Shown: positions 9,450-16,297 of the stretch, one piece after another | Position numbering within the stretch: the stretch's first letter is position 1 | How the letters are laid out: each line of letters begins with the position of its first letter | IMG/VR virus record: IMGVR_UViG_3300013735_000005 | Span: 1 to 32,906 of that record | Reading direction: 5' to 3' (one strand) | From: a virus | DNA: 32,906 nt | The notes under the pieces: model-generated | The model's database searches: none | The model's input: the letters and a program-made list of their open reading frames with translations, nothing else | Told to the model about the DNA's origin: nothing | Translations under genes and position numbers: made by a program

Positions 9450-9992
9450 TTGACAATATCCAAAGTTATAGCTGATTATGGTGTAGCTATTGGTATCACT
9501 ATAATTGCTGTAGGTCTTGTAACTTCTTTTTTTTATAAGTATATACAAAGATTGGACAAGAAGTTTGATGATGACAGGGAAGAAAAGAGATACGAGAGAG
9601 ATCAAAAGGCTAAACATGATGAACTGGTGCTAGAAGCTGAAAAAGACAAGCTAGAGGCGGAGCAAGCTACTAGAAAAGCATACTTGAGTATGACCGAAGA
9701 GCTTAAAAATACTACACAAGCACAATCTAAGATACTAGAGAGTCAGTCGGTGCAACTACAAAGCTATAGTGATAGTATAGACGGCAATACAAAAGCCATC
9801 GAAGAACACAACAGGCTTTTTGAAGAACATATACAAAGGACAGGAGATAGGTTTGACTGTGTAGATAGACAGTTAGTGAGTATAGCTGGAATGCTTGATG
9901 AGATAAGGGAAAATACCAAAGATCTAGCTACAAAAGCAGATTTAGAAAAAGTGAAGAAGGGGCTTGATGAGTATATCAGGTCTAAACAGTAA
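9450..9992 (+). CDS. Putative holin-like membrane protein (single N-terminal TMD plus long charged coiled coil)
   Basis: TTG start after RBS GTGAGGTGA. Residues about 7-29, VIADYGVAIGITIIAVGLVTSFF, are a predicted TM helix. Gene lies immediately upstream of the endolysin. Confidence 0.4.
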   Translation: MTISKVIADYGVAIGITIIAVGLVTSFFYKYIQRLDKKFDDDREEKRYERDQKAKHDELVLEAEKDKLEAEQATRKAYLSMTEELKNTTQAQSKILESQSVQLQSYSDSIDGNTKAIEEHNRLFEEHIQRTGDRFDCVDRQLVSIAGMLDEIRENTKDLATKADLEKVKKGLDEYIRSKQ

Positions 9993-9995
9993 AAG

Positions 9996-10021
9996 GGATT
10001 AGCATAAGCTAGTCCTTTTTT
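9996..10021 (+). terminator. Intrinsic terminator-like hairpin between holin-like gene and endolysin
   Basis: GGATTAGC-ATAA-GCTAGTCC (8-bp stem with one G.T wobble) followed by TTTTTT. Confidence 0.5.
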
Positions 10022-10042
10022 AGTACCCCAAAGGAGGCAATT

Positions 10043-10786
10043 ATGGGAGTAAAAGAAGCATTAGATTGGATGGATAAGCACCACAGACATAAAGGCAACT
10101 ATCCATACAGTATGAAGCAAAGATATGGCAACCCAGGCTATGACTGTTCATCAGCGGTGTATTACGCACTAATAGCAGGTGGAGTACTACCTAAAAATAC
10201 ACCTATAGGTAACACAGAGACACTCTTTAAGCTTAAAGGTAAGTATTTAGATGAGATATATGACTACAAGGATGTAAGAGCAGGAGATATCTTTATAAGA
10301 GGAGGAGAGGGTACAAGTGCTGGAGCTGGTGGACACACTGGCATGTTTTATAAAAAAGACGGCATAATCCACTCTAACTACTCTAACAACGGGATATCTT
10401 ACAATGACAACACTAGTTATATAGGCTACTTTTTAGACCGTAGAAGGAGCAATAACGAACGTTACTTTAGACCTAGGTACGGTGGCTCTAGTAGTTTAGA
10501 TATAGCACCTGCAAAAACACCAACACCACAAAAAGCATCAGGTAAAAAACTTATTAAAAACGAAAAGTGGCATTGTATAACGCAAACAGCTTGTCATGTA
10601 AGAGCAGATGCAAGCACTAACTCAGCTATAGTAGCAACCTATCCTATGGGAGCTAGAATAAACTATGACAGTGTCTACGAAGCAGACGGTTATAGATGGA
10701 TATCCTATATAGGTAACTCTGGTAAGCGTAGATATGTAGCTTATAGACGTACAAGCGGCAATACTAGAGCCTGGGTAACTTTTTAG
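10043..10786 (+). CDS. Endolysin: N-terminal Cys-peptidase/amidase-type catalytic domain (Amidase_5/CHAP-like) plus C-terminal SH3b (SH3_5) cell-wall-binding domain
   Basis: GYDCSSAVYYALIAGG catalytic Cys motif. C-terminal GYRWISYIGNSGKRRYVAYR is SH3_5-like. RBS AAAGGAGG. Confidence 0.8.
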   Translation: MGVKEALDWMDKHHRHKGNYPYSMKQRYGNPGYDCSSAVYYALIAGGVLPKNTPIGNTETLFKLKGKYLDEIYDYKDVRAGDIFIRGGEGTSAGAGGHTGMFYKKDGIIHSNYSNNGISYNDNTSYIGYFLDRRRSNNERYFRPRYGGSSSLDIAPAKTPTPQKASGKKLIKNEKWHCITQTACHVRADASTNSAIVATYPMGARINYDSVYEADGYRWISYIGNSGKRRYVAYRRTSGNTRAWVTF

Positions 10787-10794
10787 GAGTAATT

Positions 10795-11121
10795 ATGTTA
10801 AATTGTAATAACAAATATATTTTTGAGACTACTAGGGGAGATAATTTTACCTTGTATGTAACTTTGACAGATGCACCTTTTTCAGGGCCAATTACACTTA
10901 AATCAACTATCAGAAGAGAAGAAGATGCTGATCAAAAGGTAGTGGCATCTACTTCCCTTTATGACGAAGGTATTTATAAGGTTAATTTTACGCCAACCCA
11001 GATGGAAGACTTAGACGGAACTTATGCTATAGATTTAGAAATATCAGATGGGACTATAAGTGGTAATCGTAGGACGTTGATCCTTGGAAGCTTGATAGTC
11101 TATAAAGATGTAACTTATTAG
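10795..11121 (+). CDS. Hypothetical small beta-rich protein, possibly fibre-associated
   Basis: 108 aa, translationally coupled to the downstream collagen-like fibre gene. No recognisable motif. Confidence 0.45.
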   Translation: MLNCNNKYIFETTRGDNFTLYVTLTDAPFSGPITLKSTIRREEDADQKVVASTSLYDEGIYKVNFTPTQMEDLDGTYAIDLEISDGTISGNRRTLILGSLIVYKDVTY

Positions 11122-11129
11122 GAGGTTTT

Positions 11130-12608
11130 ATGAGTGATTATAAAATAAAAGTAGATGTTGGCAGTGACTATAGCTTAGCCGTGGAAACTGCTAAGATTAA
11201 TGATAATTTAGATGATTTAAAGATAAAAATTACTTCTGTAAAAAAAGAAAATGATAAGAATATTATTACCTTTTCTGACGGTAAGCAAATGGTAGTAAGA
11301 GACGGTGCTACTCCTTATATAGGAGATGATGGTTATTGGTGTATAGATGGTAAGTCAACTAAGGTCAAGGCTAGAGCCGAGCATAGCTTAAAAGAGTTAA
11401 CTCCCGAAGAAAAGGAAGGACTCAAAGGTGAGCCTGGTAAACAAGGTGTACAAGGCAAACAAGGTAAACCTGGAGAAGATGGTTCGAGAATTTACACAAA
11501 AAAATCAGATGCTGTAGAAAATGCAAGACCAAATATAGATTATTATATTGATAGTTTAGGTAGAATTGGATTAATCACTTCCACAGATAATAACGAAATA
11601 TTGTGGAGTGGTAGTAGTGTTGTTAATTTAAGAGGAGATACTGGGGAATCAATTAAAATTACTGATACTCAAGTTGATAGTGATGGTAATATCAATGTAA
11701 CCTTTAGTGATAAAACAAAGATTAAAATCCCTAAGGGAAAACAAGGGGATAAAGGGGAAAGGGGTAAAGCGTTTGAAAGAAGCGATTTTACCAAAGAAGA
11801 TTTAGAATCCCTCAAGGGACCCAAGGGAGATTCAATAACTATAAAATCAACTAATTTACAAAGCGATGGTAGTACAGTTGTTAAGTTTAGTGATGGCACT
11901 ACTATTACTATCCCCAAAGGAGCTAAAGGTGACGCATTATCATTTAGTGATTTGTCAGAAGATGATAAAAAAGAATTATTAAAATTAGGGTTGGATTTAT
12001 CTGATTATGTAAAAAAAGAAGATTATCTAAGTGATGAAGATATTGAAAATTTAAAAATGGATTTGAGTCCTTGGAATTTACAATCTCTGCAAGATATTGA
12101 GGCTTTTGAATATATCTTTCCTGTAAAAGATATACCGTATACCTATACGATGATACCTAATGGTTATTATTATGTAAACCGAGATGAATTAGAAAACCAA
12201 CCAAGTAATTATGGTATTATGAAAGTACTGCATACTAATGGTTATTACTTTTTAGAATGGCAAAGTATAAATCCCAGCCAATTTTCGGACACCAAACAAA
12301 ACCCAACTTATGTACCAACTTATAAAAAGTTTGGAAGTAGGGGCCATGTAAATAATTGGACTGAAATAGATAGCATAGATGCAAATAAACCATGTTTACT
12401 TACAGTACTTGATTGGACGGAATATAAAAATGCACATAAGGATGAAGATGAAAGGCTTGCTTTAATTAATTTTAAAGATAAATACTCTGGAGCTTATTTT
12501 TTAAGTGATGACGGCTATTTGCTAAAACTTGCTGATGTAGAGAGTATGGATCCTACTAAAGTAGCTAATGCTGCACATTATTTTAAAATTGGTATAGAAA
12601 AACATTAA
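11130..12608 (+). CDS. Collagen-like repeat tail fibre / receptor-binding protein candidate
   Basis: Gly-X-Y runs (GEPGKQGVQGKQGKPGEDG, KGKQGDKGERGKA, KGPKGDS, KGAKGDA). Repeated xFSDGxxIxIPKG modules. Roughly 200-aa globular C-terminal domain. No signal peptide. Confidence 0.6.
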   Translation: MSDYKIKVDVGSDYSLAVETAKINDNLDDLKIKITSVKKENDKNIITFSDGKQMVVRDGATPYIGDDGYWCIDGKSTKVKARAEHSLKELTPEEKEGLKGEPGKQGVQGKQGKPGEDGSRIYTKKSDAVENARPNIDYYIDSLGRIGLITSTDNNEILWSGSSVVNLRGDTGESIKITDTQVDSDGNINVTFSDKTKIKIPKGKQGDKGERGKAFERSDFTKEDLESLKGPKGDSITIKSTNLQSDGSTVVKFSDGTTITIPKGAKGDALSFSDLSEDDKKELLKLGLDLSDYVKKEDYLSDEDIENLKMDLSPWNLQSLQDIEAFEYIFPVKDIPYTYTMIPNGYYYVNRDELENQPSNYGIMKVLHTNGYYFLEWQSINPSQFSDTKQNPTYVPTYKKFGSRGHVNNWTEIDSIDANKPCLLTVLDWTEYKNAHKDEDERLALINFKDKYSGAYFLSDDGYLLKLADVESMDPTKVANAAHYFKIGIEKH

Positions 12609-12623
12609 GGGAGAGTATGATAA

Positions 12624-12704
12624 ATGAGGGATAGTTTAATAATTTTTGTAATAGTACTTTTATCAGCTGCAGTTATATCTCTAGCTATACAAGGTATCAA
12701 ATAG
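12624..12704 (+). CDS. Possible 26-aa transmembrane micropeptide
   Basis: ATG 12624 about 9 nt after GGGAGAG. MRDSLIIFVIVLLSAAVISLAIQGIK is almost entirely one hydrophobic helix. Could be fortuitous. Confidence 0.2.
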   Translation: MRDSLIIFVIVLLSAAVISLAIQGIK

Positions 12705-12761
12705 GGCAAGGCAAAGGCTGAGCTTATAGATAATGAGTTACTACGTAACACAACTTTACAG

Positions 12762-13007
12762 GTGTTAGACTTAGCAGAGACCATAGTAGGCAGTCTTAAT
12801 CAAACTGTAGTAGATCCACTTAAAAACTCTCCAGAACTTAACTTTGATAAAAAAGCTCAGAGAGAAGTTTTGGATAAAGCAAAGGCAGAAATAAAAAGAA
12901 ACCTAGATGATGCAAGTAAAGATGTTTTATCAAAAACATATGATGATCTTGACTCCTACCTCACAGATGTAGTTGAGGCAGAAGTTAGAAAACAAAAAAA
13001 TAAGTAG
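12762..13007 (+). CDS. Hypothetical K/E-rich coiled-coil protein (start uncertain)
   Basis: 81-aa ORF starting at GTG 12762 with no upstream in-frame ATG. Followed directly by a strong terminator. Confidence 0.35.
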   Translation: MLDLAETIVGSLNQTVVDPLKNSPELNFDKKAQREVLDKAKAEIKRNLDDASKDVLSKTYDDLDSYLTDVVEAEVRKQKNK

Positions 13008-13032
13008 TAAGATATAGTAAATGTTTAACTCT

Positions 13033-13061
13033 GGGCTGGCAGTGTGCTGGCCCTCTTTTTT
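13033..13061 (+). terminator. Rho-independent terminator ending the late/fibre operon
   Basis: GGGCTGGC-AGTGT-GCTGGCCC (8-bp stem including two G.T wobbles) followed by TCTTTTTT. Confidence 0.6.
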
Positions 13062-13071
13062 GTGGTATAAT
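13061..13071 (+). promoter_or_regulatory. Extended -10 promoter module TGTGGTATAAT (copy A)
   Basis: TRTG-n-TATAAT Firmicutes extended -10 consensus. The identical 11-mer recurs at 13178 and 16943. Confidence 0.35.
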
Positions 13072-13177
13072 ATAAAAGACAATATAATACAAAAATAAAT
13101 CTAGATAGTGTTTATTTTTTATTTGATGATGTCGCGAGAGCGCATTGCAAAAGAGTGGTCTTTATGGCCGCTATTTT

Positions 13178-13188
13178 TGTGGTATAAT
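13178..13188 (+). promoter_or_regulatory. Extended -10 promoter module TGTGGTATAAT (copy B, part of a ~27-nt duplication of copy A)
   Basis: tttttgtggtataat[a/t]taaaagac duplicated at 13057-13080 and 13174-13197. Confidence 0.35.
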
Positions 13189-13265
13189 TTAAAAGACTAG
13201 TCAGAAAGCAGAAAAGTCCTTCTGTGAGTATAGAACGACAAATGAGATTGTCAGGGCAAGAATTG

Positions 13266-13296
13266 AGGTAACCTATATGGTTGCCTCTTTTTTTGT
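13266..13296 (+). terminator. Rho-independent terminator inside the non-coding island
   Basis: GAGGTAACC-TATAT-GGTTGCCTC (9-bp stem, one wobble) followed by TTTTTTTG. Confidence 0.55.
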
Positions 13297-13446
13297 ATTT
13301 TGATATAAATACTAGGCATATAAGCATATACCTAGCTTTTTTAAATCGCTTATAGCTCAAAATATTGATGAATGGCTTGGTTGCAATAGATGTATCTTAC
13401 TTTTATAAAAAAGTTAATATTTTCTTTAAAAACTTAAAAAAAAGAC

Positions 13447-13474
13447 TTGACATATAACCCCCGTGTGATATAAT
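13447..13474 (+). promoter_or_regulatory. Near-consensus sigma-A-type promoter (TTGACA-N16-TGTGaTATAAT) for the acidic-protein cassette
   Basis: TTGACA at 13447-52, TGTG at 13464-67, TATAAT at 13469-74. RBS AAAGGAGA before ATG 13516. Confidence 0.6.
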
Positions 13475-13515
13475 ATAAGTAACAAAGATAAAAATAAACA
13501 TTAAAGGAGATAAAA

Positions 13516-13773
13516 ATGACAAACACAAGAAAATATTTAAATGAAATTGAAAATTTATACCAAATTAAAGACCTTATTGAGGCAGATGAATATTTAGAAT
13601 ATGACGAAGAAGGTGACGCGTACTTTACAGATAACGAAGAGTTTTATTGGTGGGAAGAACTAGCTGATGCTATGCAATATCTTGATGATAAATGTGTAGA
13701 GCCTAAAGTTGGTCATATGGTTGATTTAGAAGATTATATAAGAATCGCTAAAGGTGTAGGTTTTAGAGCATAA
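13516..13773 (+). CDS. Strongly acidic small protein (85 aa), function unknown
   Basis: RBS AAAGGAGA. I count about 23 Asp/Glu among 85 residues. Aromatic-rich (YWW). Confidence 0.6.
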   Translation: MTNTRKYLNEIENLYQIKDLIEADEYLEYDEEGDAYFTDNEEFYWWEELADAMQYLDDKCVEPKVGHMVDLEDYIRIAKGVGFRA

Positions 13774-13783
13774 GGAGATAAAA

Positions 13784-14044
13784 ATGACAAAACAACTAGA
13801 AGTATTAAGAAGCAAAGAAGACAAAGAACTAGTAGTAGCTTATCAAGGCATAGACCTTGATAGCTATGAATACTTAACAGTAGATGAGTTTATAGAGGCA
13901 GTAGAAAGTGCTGATATGTGGAGTGATATAGACGCAGAAGTTTATGAAAAAGCTTTAGACGAGTATAACCTAGACTACTCAAGATATGATGATCCAGAAG
14001 CTATGTGGAGCGACTTTTTAAAAGCGGCAGAGGCTGATAGGTAA
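13784..14044 (+). CDS. Strongly acidic small protein (86 aa), function unknown
   Basis: RBS AAGGAGA. About 25 D/E of 86 residues. Tandem with the previous acidic ORF. Confidence 0.6.
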   Translation: MTKQLEVLRSKEDKELVVAYQGIDLDSYEYLTVDEFIEAVESADMWSDIDAEVYEKALDEYNLDYSRYDDPEAMWSDFLKAAEADR

Positions 14045-14235
14045 TGACTAATTTAAAAACTACAGAGGCTCAGCGTAGAGCCTCTAAAAAGTACAAAAAA
14101 AGAAATCCAGAGCAGACAAAAATCAATCGATATAGATCTAATGCTCGAACTTTTGCAAGGCATCATGCAACAAAAGATGATATTGATGAGTTGGTAAAAA
14201 TCTTTGAAAAGGAGAATCCTAATGGTCAAGAGTAG
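14044..14235 (+). CDS. Small basic protein (63 aa), possible DNA-binding protein
   Basis: ATGA overlap with the upstream stop. Lys/Arg-rich N-terminal half (RRASKKYKKRNPEQTKINRYRSNARTFARHH). Confidence 0.45.
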   Translation: MTNLKTTEAQRRASKKYKKRNPEQTKINRYRSNARTFARHHATKDDIDELVKIFEKENPNGQE

Positions 14236-14905
14236 TAAAGATTTACCCAGAGGAATCAGTTATACTAGCGATAGCAAGATATCCCCCTACAAAGCCACGT
14301 ACGCTAAAGACGGCAAGAAATTAAGTAAGTACTGCAAAAATCTAGAAGAAGCTATTAAAATCAGAAAAAATCGGGAAAAGATTTATGGGAAACCAAAAAA
14401 CAGAGCCTTAGATAAGGAGCATTTAGAGGGGCAAAAATTTGGTAAATTAACAGTAAAAAGAAGATTGAAGCAGAAAGATAAGTATGGGTCTTTTTTTTGG
14501 GAATGCCAATGTGATTGTGGAAATTTTATAAACGTTACAGCACAAAGCTTAAAAAACGGTGATGTCATTAGATGCAAACAATGCCGCATAAACGACCTGC
14601 AAAAAGCTGGTGTTAATGCTAAGGTATCAGATGTACAGATAAACGGAGTAGAAATATTAAGATTTAATGATAAAACTAATAAAAATAATAAATCTGGGTT
14701 TAAGGGCGTTATTTTAGAAAAAAGAACTAATAAATATTACGCTCAATTAACTGTTAAAGGTCAGGTTTATACCAAATCAGGATTTGATACAGCAGAAGAT
14801 GCTTACTACAACGGCAGACTGGTTTTAGAAGATGAGTATTTACCTCCAAAAGAGGAGAGGGAAAAGTTAAAAAAAGAAGTTAAGAGCAAGAAAAAAGAGG
14901 ACTGA
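14222..14905 (+). CDS. AP2-like / zinc-ribbon DNA-binding protein (two AP2-type modules flanking a CxCxC...CxxC ribbon)
   Basis: Preferred start is ATG 14222 after AAGGAGAA; the ORF track starts at 14204. C-terminal SGFKGVILEKRTNKYYAQLTVKGQVYTKSGFDTAEDAYYNG fits the AP2 pattern. N-terminal RGISYTS...YKATYAKDGKK...LEEAIKIR is a second AP2-like element. Ribbon is WECQCDCGN...RCKQC. No HNH, GIY-YIG or other nuclease motif found. Confidence 0.55.
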   Translation: MVKSSKDLPRGISYTSDSKISPYKATYAKDGKKLSKYCKNLEEAIKIRKNREKIYGKPKNRALDKEHLEGQKFGKLTVKRRLKQKDKYGSFFWECQCDCGNFINVTAQSLKNGDVIRCKQCRINDLQKAGVNAKVSDVQINGVEILRFNDKTNKNNKSGFKGVILEKRTNKYYAQLTVKGQVYTKSGFDTAEDAYYNGRLVLEDEYLPPKEEREKLKKEVKSKKKED

Positions 14906-14925
14906 GTGTCCTCTTTAATTTGCTT
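14895..14925 (+). terminator. Terminator-like hairpin after the AP2 gene
   Basis: AAGAGGAC-TGAGT-GTCCTCTT perfect 8-bp stem overlapping the stop codon, followed by a T-rich tract. Confidence 0.45.
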
Positions 14926-14953
14926 ATTGTACCAAGTATTTTTTATTTTTTTA

Positions 14954-14972
14954 TTGGGGACAGGTTGGGGAC
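14954..14972. repeat. attP-region direct repeat TTGGGGACAGGTTGGGGAC (copy 1). Candidate integrase arm-type site.
   Basis: Exact 19-nt repeat of 15116-15134. Contains a tandem GGTTGGGGAC sub-repeat. A partial inverted copy CCAACCTGT lies at 14998-15006. Confidence 0.5.
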
Positions 14973-15115
14973 AACGTATATTTTAAATGTTGCAATTCCA
15001 ACCTGTTCTCTTTTTTTATGGTGGAGATGATGGGCAATGAATGGGTGTTGGTATAACTGGGCTTGGCTTGATTTCAATATAGTTTGTTTTGTTATTTTAT
15101 GGTTTTACATATCGG

Positions 15116-15134
15116 TTGGGGACAGGTTGGGGAC
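15116..15134. repeat. attP-region direct repeat TTGGGGACAGGTTGGGGAC (copy 2), abutting the integrase 3' end
   Basis: Exact copy. Lies 5 nt from the integrase stop codon. Confidence 0.5.
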
Positions 15135-15139
15135 CATTA

Positions 15140-16228
15140 TTAGGACGATACATTAAATTTTTGTAATTCTTCGTACACAAAGTCACTTAGGTCTTGGATA
15201 TAAGATTGCTCAGTTATCTTAAAGTCTGTGTGACCCATTAATCTTTGAATTGCTACTTCAGATACTCCGCTTTGGTATGCTATGGTTGCGAAGGTGTATC
15301 TACAGGTGTATGGGGTCTTCCTTTTTACTCCAGCTTTCTTTAGGGCTAGATAATAAATCTTATCATAGAATTTTTTATCATATGTGGTTGCTTTGCCATC
15401 CACTTCTGCTAAAACCCCAGACTTTGATTCTATACATAAGTCCATAAGCATATTTTTAATTTGTGGGTGTATAAACATAGTTCTTGACTTACCTTCATCT
15501 GTCTTAATTCCAAAATTTGTAATTGTGTTGGTTTCAAAGTTTATACTGTCTCTTGTAAGGTTTCTGTATTCTGTAGTCCTCATACCTGTAAAGCACATAA
15601 CTAATATATGCCTAGCGTGTGGATTAGTTGGTATGCTATTAAATAATTTTGTTATTTCATCTTTGGTAAATATCTCTTTTTTATTTTTTTGTTTGATACC
15701 GCCTACTTTCATAAGAGATGCTATATTTTCTGTTACTAAACCATCTTGTAGGGCAATCTTGTATACTTTAGTTGCTACAAGTTTTACTTTTTCTAAGTGA
15801 TCTTTTGAGTATTCTTGATGCGTCATGACTCCATTTACTTTTTTATCGTATCCACGTATAACCATATCATCTAATACTTTTTGTAATTGCGTATATCTAA
15901 TATCTATCATATTTTTATTATGGATTGGCTTATACTCTTTAAATGCATTTTCATATCTTTGTTGAGAATTCTTGCTGATTTTGGTGTATTCATTTGTAGT
16001 CTTGTAGTACTCATATACATCGGCAAATGTTTTAATGTCTGTGAGTCCCATATACTTATCTAAGGCTTCTTCTGCTTCTTTATAGGTCTTGAAAAAGCCT
16101 ATATCTTGTCGCACCTCTTTTCCATTTATTGTGTACCCAGCTGGTAATCTTGCATACCGAGGTCTGGCTCTGCCTTTTTTATGGGATATAGATCCTGTTC
16201 CATTTGCTCTTTTTCTTCTTTTGGGCAC
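15140..16228 (-). CDS. int: Tyrosine-type site-specific integrase
   Basis: C-terminal TCRYTFATIAYQSGVSEVAIQRLMGHTDFKITEQSYI carries the R...H-x-x-R...Y catalytic signature. N-terminal KRANGTGSI...GRARPRYAR arm-binding motif. GTG start with AAGAAGG RBS. Confidence 0.9.
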   Translation of the reverse strand: MPKRRKRANGTGSISHKKGRARPRYARLPAGYTINGKEVRQDIGFFKTYKEAEEALDKYMGLTDIKTFADVYEYYKTTNEYTKISKNSQQRYENAFKEYKPIHNKNMIDIRYTQLQKVLDDMVIRGYDKKVNGVMTHQEYSKDHLEKVKLVATKVYKIALQDGLVTENIASLMKVGGIKQKNKKEIFTKDEITKLFNSIPTNPHARHILVMCFTGMRTTEYRNLTRDSINFETNTITNFGIKTDEGKSRTMFIHPQIKNMLMDLCIESKSGVLAEVDGKATTYDKKFYDKIYYLALKKAGVKRKTPYTCRYTFATIAYQSGVSEVAIQRLMGHTDFKITEQSYIQDLSDFVYEELQKFNVSS

Positions 16229-16297
16229 TTGTACCTTCTTTCTATTTTAGGGTACAATAAACAAAGATAGACGGACTTTGTCTATTGTAGATATTAA

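Noticed and set aside
6768-12608. Diversity-generating retroelement targeting Tal or the fibre C-terminus
   Set aside because: There is no reverse transcriptase gene and no template/variable repeat pair anywhere in the circle.
13112-13360. 82-aa reverse ORF in the non-coding island
   Set aside because: It runs through two intrinsic terminator hairpins and the duplicated promoter module. It has no RBS and a low-complexity composition.
14204-14221. Upstream ATG 14204 as start of the AP2 protein
   Set aside because: ATG 14222 is preceded at ideal spacing by AAGGAGAA. 14204 lies inside the previous ORF without an RBS. The longer start cannot be excluded.
14954-15134. G-tract repeats (GGGG...GG...GGGG) considered as a G-quadruplex motif
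   Set aside because: Each copy has only two G4 runs, and the copies are about 160 bp apart. The arrangement fits integrase arm-type direct repeats much better.
15250-15800. Plus-strand ORFs (15250-15447, 15384-15800) antisense to the integrase
   Set aside because: They are fully contained within the strongly supported int CDS on the opposite strand. They have no RBS and a hydrophobic, low-complexity translation.
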